Source of the DNA: Candidatus Acidiferrum sp.
Lineage (GTDB): Bacteria; Acidobacteriota; Terriglobia; Acidiferrales; UBA7541
Assembly (NCBI GenBank): GCA_035271845.1
Contig: DATERF010000072.1
Span: 1,878-65,877, forward strand
Direction of reading: 5' to 3'
DNA length: 64,000 bases
The notes under the pieces were generated by a model that saw only the letters and a list, made by a program, of their open reading frames with translations, was not told where the DNA came from and made no database searches. Positions 58,601-64,000 of the stretch are shown here, in pieces. Every line of letters begins with the position of its first letter. Position 1 is the stretch's first letter. The position numbers were made by a program, and so were the translations under genes.

Positions 58601-58964
58601 CGGCCGTTCCGGCGTAACCACCTGGTACCGGGTGGCCGTCATTGCTGGAGCGCCGTCTTGGTTCTCAAATTCTTCGGATAGCGCGCACCAGGACTTTGGC
58701 ACCGACGGCGGCGTGCACAACTTCCTTCGCTATATCGAAGCGTGGGGAGGGACTCTCGAATACCGGGGTTCAATTATCGACCTGTTTACCAGCCGCCAGG
58801 CCAACGGCACATTCAAGTGCTGCAGCACGGTGTATAGCCCGCCGGATCGCGGCTATAACTTTGACACCAACTTCCTGACTCCCGCATTGTTGCCGCCGCG
58901 CACTCCATTGTTCCGCGACGTCAATACCACCGGCTGGACACGACTGCTCTTGCCGAACCAGTAA
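55689..58964 (+). CDS. Large PilX/GspK-like minor pilin (putative tip adhesin), 1091 aa
   Basis: DDAG/IALITTLL (non-Glu at +5, typical of PilX/GspK), AFYGAEAGME PilX_N motif, GRTHTNGNL; long Cys/Pro/Gly/Asn-rich body. Confidence 0.85.
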   Translation: MSMNLFKKSKRLRDDAGIALITTLLLLFLMSSLLVGFTVLLMTNQQLAGSNNDDVTAFYGAEAGMEQMTANLGDLFSQTYSPTAAQINAVELNPPLIWLGNGKSIQFLNSNGTSGYTITPGAVDANGNPAPTISTIKSGPYSGMTALLTEYTMVVNARTTEGREAKLQRTVQTVGIPMFQFGIFSDTDLSFFPGPNFNFGGRTHTNGNLFLAAGSTLTLSDKVDAYKDVIRTNLENGWPTSVNYTGTVQITTQPGGSNYRPLQPSEGSLTGTLGSGANANWPTISTGNAPTYYNSNLINGQGSAHPSFSTGAKQLNLGIVTIGSGATQEIDLIRRPLSGEAANVTGERYFAQASLKVLLSDDPADIMNLPCIDGSTQPFDLSKMASQPSTWPASTYAPLVALYNQMIANGVTPLPLAASGALGGPGGAYNPQDGYWLPGGGANPYPVIKGYLKIEEQLGYGSPCGTWKDVTVEILSYGYVGRNIDPVPQSLDGTNLNPQWPAVGTATCVSTVSCAQMDPLKGMYVPPVPGPGNPAGGYTVAGNQLATIAYGYPLPKVPMTAAPAPLPLAAQNPNPPAFLAAGPFNALDTLAAPTGTCMDPHPLAVIRLERIRDNPSSLYVGGYVASGTWNAATNKALQAPVSIVCGVDPATGKLPLIGGVSWVPTLYDFWPNTLFDTREGTLRDTAMNTANPAMPTLNGTMHYIELDGKNLSSWFGGKIGTIVTSGAGTKDPAVAPNDFVVYVSDRRGNYSLSQTITGGWPPLSYTHKETGEYGWNDIINNPATSTASGCPDSALEQGEDADGTGVLYTYGANESYLHAVGAIPVPPATVLPLGQIGIFANLVGGASGITSNVSCPTVPSYATDGIWPMMVATASSSARENPALFFRRAVKIVNGSNLSAVGTCPGGNNCGLTIASENPVYVQGDFNANLGGIGFANSPTTIAASVAGDAVTLLSNNWNDTNSFSSPYALAGRSGVTTWYRVAVIAGAPSWFSNSSDSAHQDFGTDGGVHNFLRYIEAWGGTLEYRGSIIDLFTSRQANGTFKCCSTVYSPPDRGYNFDTNFLTPALLPPRTPLFRDVNTTGWTRLLLPNQ

Positions 58965-58990
58965 GACGCTTTGATCCAATCTTGCTTCCT

Positions 58991-59028
58991 GAACGTCCCG
59001 GTCGAAGACCGGGACGTTCCTTTTTTTT
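58991..59028 (+). terminator. Rho-independent terminator of the pilin operon
   Basis: GAACGTCCCGGTC-GAA-GACCGGGACGTTC 13-bp perfect stem followed by C and T8. Confidence 0.92.
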
Positions 59029-59129
59029 GTGGCTGTCTTTTGCCGCACCCTCCCAAGCTTGCGTGCTCTTGCCCTCTTCGTGATACCTTCAAGAGAACCG
59101 CCTGAATCCCGATTCGCTGAGCGGATGCC

Positions 59130-59714
59130 ATGAATCCAATCGAAACACTCAGTCTGGTGCTGGGAACTGGATTTTCTTCCGGGTTGAACCTTTACGCCAC
59201 GGTTGCCACGCTTGGGCTGCTGGAACGCTTTGGGGTTGTCCACTTACCGGAAAAGCTGCAGGTGCTGTCGCATCCTGTTGTTCTAGCGGTGGCCTTGTCG
59301 CTTTACCTGGTGGAATTCCTGGCGGACAAGGTGCCGTACATCGATTCGATCTGGCAAGCGGTACATACCTTCATTCGTCCTCCGGCCGCCGCACTGCTGG
59401 CATTCAGCGTGACTGCTTCTGCCGCGGAGCCATGGCGCTGGGCGGCGGCACTGCTGGCCGGAAGCATCGCATTGACTTCCCATGGCACGAAAGCGAGCGC
59501 GCGGGCAGCGGCAAATATGTCCCCGGAACCTTTGAGCAATTGGGCGCTAAGTTTTGGCGAAGACTTATTGGCGGTGTGGTTGACGTGGTTTGCCACCGCG
59601 CATCCGACGGTAGCGGTGATTGTGGTGGTCGTGCTGATGGCGGTTTCGCTCTTTCTGCTCTACCACTTGTTCCGTTTTCTGCGCCGCACTTTCCAGAAGC
59701 TGGCGGAAATCTAA
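59130..59714 (+). CDS. DUF4126 family membrane protein
   Basis: SSGLNLYA, EFLADKVPYIDSIW, HTFIRPPA, SPEPLSNWALSFGED. Confidence 0.88.
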   Translation: MNPIETLSLVLGTGFSSGLNLYATVATLGLLERFGVVHLPEKLQVLSHPVVLAVALSLYLVEFLADKVPYIDSIWQAVHTFIRPPAAALLAFSVTASAAEPWRWAAALLAGSIALTSHGTKASARAAANMSPEPLSNWALSFGEDLLAVWLTWFATAHPTVAVIVVVVLMAVSLFLLYHLFRFLRRTFQKLAEI

Positions 59715-59724
59715 AGACCGCAGG

Positions 59725-61779
59725 CTACTTCACGTAGGTTGCCAGAAAACTCAGAAACGTCTTGTACCAGAGCTGGGAGTTTTGCGGCTTCAGGACCCAG
59801 TGTCCTTCATCAGGGAAGATTAGCAACTCCGAGGGCACGCCCTGGCGTTGCAGGGTATTGAAGAATTCGAGCGATTGCGTGTACGGCACGCGGTAGTCTC
59901 TCTCTCCCGCAATCACCAAAGTCGGCGTCTTGTACTTTGCCAGGTCTGCGGCATAGCTTGATGGTGCCCACTTTTTGTAGTTTTCCGGCGCGGTCCATGG
60001 CAGGCCTTGCATGTCATGCTCCTCAAACCAAAGCTCCTCGGTCGCATACATGGAGACTTTGTCGTAGACGCCCGCATGGCTAATGATGGCCTTGAATCGG
60101 TCGGTATGCGTGGCGAGCCAATCGGCCATGTAGCCACCGTAAGAACCGCCCGCTGCCGCCAAACGGGACTTGTCAATGTAGGGGTATTTCGCAATAGCCG
60201 CGTCAATGCCTTTCATTACGTCGACATAGGCTTTTCCGCCCCAGTCATTCGTGATCTCGTCCGTGAATTTCTGTCCATAGCCGGTAGAGCCGCGGCGATT
60301 GATCATCAATGTCACGTAACCCGCTCCCGAAAATACTTGCGTGTTCCAGCGATAGCCCCAATCGTTGGACCACATGGTCTGCGGACCGCCGTGCAACAAC
60401 ACCAGCGTGGGATATTTTTGCGATGCGGAAAAGTTTGGCGGCCGGAGCAGCATTGCCTGCACCTTCGTTCCCTCGGCTCCCTCGAACCAGAATGACTCCG
60501 GCTCATTCATTTCCACGTTCGCGAGGATGGCGTCGTTCGCGTGGGTGAGCTGTTTCAGACCACTACCATCCGCCCCGGAGACGAAGACCTCGTTCGGCTG
60601 GGTCAGGCTGGAGCGTGTGGTGACCAGCGTCTTGCCGTCTTCGCTGAATTCAAATTCCGCGTTGAAGCCGTCCAGGACTTTTCTGGGTGTTGCGCCTGCT
60701 CGCGGTTCCATGGCGTAGACGGGTTGAAGCGTTTCGTTTTCTGCCAGGAAATAGATGGTCTTGCTGTCTGCGGACCAGGCCAGTTCCATGGCCCAACGGT
60801 CGAAATTCTCGGAGAGGTCTTCGATCTTGCCCGTCTGGCGGTTGTAGAGCATTACGCGCCACCTGTCGGATTCATAAGCGGGCGTAAGCTGTGCGTGATA
60901 AGCGATGTAGCGGCCATCGGGGGAATACACAGGATTGCCATCAAAGCCGGCCTGTGTCGTGATCCGCTTTGCTTCTCCACCGCCCACAGGAAGCACGAAG
61001 AGATCGCCGTTTGTGCTGATGGCCTCCACCTTGTCCGTAACCGCGGTGAAGCAAAGCTCCTTGCTGTCCGGAGAGAAGTTGAAGTCGCTCTGCTCCCCAC
61101 GCATTCCGGCGGGCGGCACATCGAAATCAGCGCCGGGCGTAAGGTCTTTCGCGGCAGCGCTACCATCCGCAGGTATGACAAATAAATGGTTGCGCTTGCC
61201 TTCAAACCATTCATCCCAATGGCGGTAGAGCAAATGGTCGTAGATGCGCGCTTTGACTTTGCTCTTCCTCTTGTCCTCGTCGCGTTTTTCGTTGCAGGCA
61301 TCATCCATGCATTCAGGATAGACGGAGGAGATGAAGGCAATGGTTTTTCCATCCGGCGACCAGTGAAACATGTCGGCGCCGGTGGAAAGCTGTGTCAATT
61401 TTTTGGCTTCGCCGCCTTCCATGGACAGCAGGTAAATCTGGGAAGTGCCATCGCGCGCGGACAGAAACGCGAGCGTCTTCCCAACGGGCGACCAGGCGGG
61501 GGAATTGTCGCGTCCGCCTTGTGTGACCTGGACCGGGTCACCGCCGGCCGTGCTGATCATCCAAATATTGCTGACTCCGCGATTCGCCTCGAGGTCCGGC
61601 GTGGAGACGCTGTACGCGATCCATCTTCCATCCTTTGAAAGAGCCGCGCCGCTGACGCGATGCAGCTTGATCAGATCGTCAAACGTCATCGGATGCTTTG
61701 ACGTGGTTTGCGCATGTGAAGCAAGCGTAAGCGCAAGCAGGCTAAGAAACAGGCCACAGCGAATCGCCAGTTTTTTCAT
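59725..61779 (-). CDS. S9 family (prolyl oligopeptidase/acylaminoacyl peptidase) secreted peptidase
   Basis: Signal peptide; PD40 beta-propeller repeats (WSPDGK); HGGPQ, GGSYGG, DYRV, DEGH. Confidence 0.95.
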   Translation of the reverse strand: MKKLAIRCGLFLSLLALTLASHAQTTSKHPMTFDDLIKLHRVSGAALSKDGRWIAYSVSTPDLEANRGVSNIWMISTAGGDPVQVTQGGRDNSPAWSPVGKTLAFLSARDGTSQIYLLSMEGGEAKKLTQLSTGADMFHWSPDGKTIAFISSVYPECMDDACNEKRDEDKRKSKVKARIYDHLLYRHWDEWFEGKRNHLFVIPADGSAAAKDLTPGADFDVPPAGMRGEQSDFNFSPDSKELCFTAVTDKVEAISTNGDLFVLPVGGGEAKRITTQAGFDGNPVYSPDGRYIAYHAQLTPAYESDRWRVMLYNRQTGKIEDLSENFDRWAMELAWSADSKTIYFLAENETLQPVYAMEPRAGATPRKVLDGFNAEFEFSEDGKTLVTTRSSLTQPNEVFVSGADGSGLKQLTHANDAILANVEMNEPESFWFEGAEGTKVQAMLLRPPNFSASQKYPTLVLLHGGPQTMWSNDWGYRWNTQVFSGAGYVTLMINRRGSTGYGQKFTDEITNDWGGKAYVDVMKGIDAAIAKYPYIDKSRLAAAGGSYGGYMADWLATHTDRFKAIISHAGVYDKVSMYATEELWFEEHDMQGLPWTAPENYKKWAPSSYAADLAKYKTPTLVIAGERDYRVPYTQSLEFFNTLQRQGVPSELLIFPDEGHWVLKPQNSQLWYKTFLSFLATYVK

Positions 61780-61878
61780 CAGTGTCCCCTTTGATGTGCC
61801 GGTGAGTTCAGAAGAGCTGTTGGAACAAACGATCATGCCACGGCTACGGGATGATTCCAAGAAGTTGCAGGTGGCGGA

Positions 61879-62325
61879 TCAGGTTAAGGCGGGAATCGGA
61901 AGGCCGACGGTCCAGATGTAGCCGTCGGGATCAAGAAGCGTGACCTCACGCCAGCCATGAGCATAGTCTCTTGCCGGTTGGATGATGGTGGTACCTAAAC
62001 GCTTTGCGCGCTCCTCCACTTTGTCTGGATCAACGCCGAGAAAACGAAGTTCGGCGCCCACCCCACGTTCGGGCGTCGCCTGCAAACGCGCGTACAACGG
62101 ATGATGATCGTAGGCATGATCGGCGTGGAGCATGAAGTCGATGCCGAGCAGGGAAAGCGCGGCGAAATCGTCGTCTGCATAACGGATGGTGGCGCCGAGA
62201 ATCTCTGTGTAGAACGGCAGGGAAGCTGCCACATTGCGAACCAGCAGGTTTGCGCTGAACCTCGGCAGGGCCCGCCCGTAATCGCCGGCAGGCATAAAGG
62301 CATCGCCGGTTCGTGTCTTGGTCAT
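61879..62325 (-). CDS. VOC/glyoxalase family protein
   Basis: NLLVRNVAASLPFYTEILG; GWRE...DPDGYIW. Confidence 0.88.
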   Translation of the reverse strand: MTKTRTGDAFMPAGDYGRALPRFSANLLVRNVAASLPFYTEILGATIRYADDDFAALSLLGIDFMLHADHAYDHHPLYARLQATPERGVGAELRFLGVDPDKVEERAKRLGTTIIQPARDYAHGWREVTLLDPDGYIWTVGLPIPALT

Positions 62326-62328
62326 TGC

Positions 62329-63612
62329 TTACCTCCTCACGAAAATCCAGTTTAACAATGCGATTGCGCAAGTTGTTCCTACCACATAAAACTCGCCGCG
62401 ACCCATTTGCGTCAGAAGAATCACCGAGAATAGCAACGCGAGCCCGGCGAATAAGTACGGGAGCGGCAGTAGAAATTGCGCCTTGCCATCGCGCCTGCTT
62501 CGCAGGACCGGCACAGCGATGGCCATCGCGCCGTAAATAGCCAATCGCGATACCGCGGAAAGCATGGCGTTCCACTGAAAATTACCGAGAGCGGCGAAGA
62601 CAAACACGATCAGGGCGTAGAGAATGATTGAGAAATACGGCGTGCGATATTTGGGATGGACCGCCGCAAGAAATGCGGGAAAGTCACCCTGCTCCGCCAT
62701 GGCAAAGGTAATGCGCGGGGAATGCAGCAAGTTTGCACTTAAATAACCGTACGCGGAAACCAGCGCCGCAAGTGCCATTGCAGTTGCTCCCGCGGGCCCA
62801 AGGAAGTGCTGCGCCGCATCAGAAAGGGGCCTGGCCGAAGATGCGGCGCCGGGAAGCGTGGCGATGGTCACGAATTGTACACCGGTATAAATGAGGGCGA
62901 CCGCCGCTAGCGCGCGCAGCAATGCAACGGGGGTATCACGCTTGGGATTTGTGCTTTCGCCGCCGACGAACAGCGCGCCTTCGAAACCGCCGTAAGCGTA
63001 GACGAGCAGAAGAATCGCCTCAAACCAGCTTCTTGCGGACACGTTCGGCACGGAAAGCGGCACGCGGATTTCCGGTCGCAGCACAAGAACAAGCAGTCCC
63101 ACCAGCACAAAGAACAGCAGGAAGCCGACTTTTACAGCAGTAAAAAGATTGCTGACATGCTTGCCGGCTTTCACACCGATGTAATTCAGCAAGGCGAGAT
63201 GGCCAAGCAATACCGCCAGAACGAGTAACTCACCCGTTCGCGTGGCCAGTGATGGAAAGAACTGCGCCAAGTAGGTGCAGAACAGATTGGCTACAGCGGC
63301 GGGAGCAGCAATGCGCGTCAGCCATGTTAACCACGCGACCAGTAGTCCCGCAAAACGGCCCAGGGCGTCGCGCGCGTAAAGATAAAGGCCACCGGTTTCT
63401 TCGTAGCGCGAAGAAACTTCCGCGATGCATCCAGCAATTATCAAAATGCCGGCACCTGCGCCCAAGCAACTGAGCGGACTGAGGGCGCCGAGTCTTGCCG
63501 CCAGGATGGAAGGCAGACCGAAGATGCCGCCACCAATGATGGAATTGACCATCAGAGCCGTGAGGCTCCAACGGCCGATGGTGCGTACCAATCCTTGAGA
63601 GGGTTGGGCCAA
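62329..63612 (-). CDS. APC family amino acid permease
   Basis: NSIIGGGIFGLP, GGLYLY, YAYGGFE, PRITFAMA..G.FP, HPKYRTP. Confidence 0.92.
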   Translation of the reverse strand: MAQPSQGLVRTIGRWSLTALMVNSIIGGGIFGLPSILAARLGALSPLSCLGAGAGILIIAGCIAEVSSRYEETGGLYLYARDALGRFAGLLVAWLTWLTRIAAPAAVANLFCTYLAQFFPSLATRTGELLVLAVLLGHLALLNYIGVKAGKHVSNLFTAVKVGFLLFFVLVGLLVLVLRPEIRVPLSVPNVSARSWFEAILLLVYAYGGFEGALFVGGESTNPKRDTPVALLRALAAVALIYTGVQFVTIATLPGAASSARPLSDAAQHFLGPAGATAMALAALVSAYGYLSANLLHSPRITFAMAEQGDFPAFLAAVHPKYRTPYFSIILYALIVFVFAALGNFQWNAMLSAVSRLAIYGAMAIAVPVLRSRRDGKAQFLLPLPYLFAGLALLFSVILLTQMGRGEFYVVGTTCAIALLNWIFVRR

Positions 63613-63634
63613 GCGCGGGCTGTCCTTCTTTCTG

Positions 63635-64000
63635 CTAATAGGTTGTGGGCAACGGAACTGCTGCCGCGTTCATTTTCGCGATTTCGGTGAGAAGGTCGGC
63701 CTTGCCGTTAATCGGTTCCAGGTGTGGGTAGCGCTCTCCGCCGTGGTAATCGATCCGGTAGGTCTGAAAGAAGTCGTCGTTTTCCGCAAGCAACTCGATG
63801 GGCTCTTTGCTGTTCTTCGCGCGGGCGATGGCGTCACGCAAAATGTCTGGATTCCATTTGCGGCCGTTGACGGCCACCAGGCGCATGCCAGGGGCAAGTC
63901 CGGCTTTCGCCGCAGGAGAATCGGGAATCACGTCCAGAATGTGGTCGCCATCTTCACCGCCGGGCGCATGAAGAAGGAGTCCCAGGGAGAATTGCAGTTC
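63635..64000 (-). CDS. C-terminal PDZ domain of a probable M61 aminopeptidase (5' part outside the window)
   Basis: Frame is open to the window end; DSPAAKAGLAPGMRLVAVNG, IDYHGGERYPHL. Confidence 0.75.
   Translation of the reverse strand, partial: ELQFSLGLLLHAPGGEDGDHILDVIPDSPAAKAGLAPGMRLVAVNGRKWNPDILRDAIARAKNSKEPIELLAENDDFFQTYRIDYHGGERYPHLEPINGKADLLTEIAKMNAAAVPLPTTY

Noticed and set aside
1-64000. CRISPR array, prophage, integrase or IS element
   Set aside because: No regularly spaced direct repeats and no transposase, integrase or phage structural motifs were seen.

Overview
GC-rich bacterial chromosomal segment. Gene content (TPR/FG-GAP/ASPIC-UnbV protein, S9/S53/M61 peptidases, PDZ-SpoIIE phosphatase, Tat-signal aldo-keto reductase) suggests Acidobacteriota; this is inference, not a taxonomic assignment. 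About 50 CDSs: central and sugar metabolism (acnA, zwf, glk, galKET plus sugar porter, mmsA/iolA-like), a VapBC-type toxin-antitoxin pair, two-component and ECF-sigma regulators, a TPM-NTase-LemA cluster, tRNA-Arg(UCU) with an adjacent 5' half-tRNA remnant, and a four-gene type IV minor-pilin cluster. No CRISPR array, rRNA, integrase or transposase was seen. Top observation: the radical SAM ORF at 12797 does not appear to end at UGA 14162-14164. It reads ...NEPWYC-UGA-AEP..., and a bacterial SECIS-like hairpin follows, so it is most likely a CUAEP-tail selenoprotein (481 aa, ending at 14242) coupled to an amino-acid-ligase-type ATP-grasp gene. This is a candidate uncharacterised organo-metalloid amino acid/peptide pathway. 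Other notable items: an Lgt-methyltransferase fusion, a full-length PGI-fold protein lacking every catalytic motif at the head of the zwf-glk cluster, and a 1091-aa PilX-like tip pilin with an HpsA-like C-terminus next to a GT-C glycosyltransferase. All family calls come from motif recognition by eye; no searches were run.
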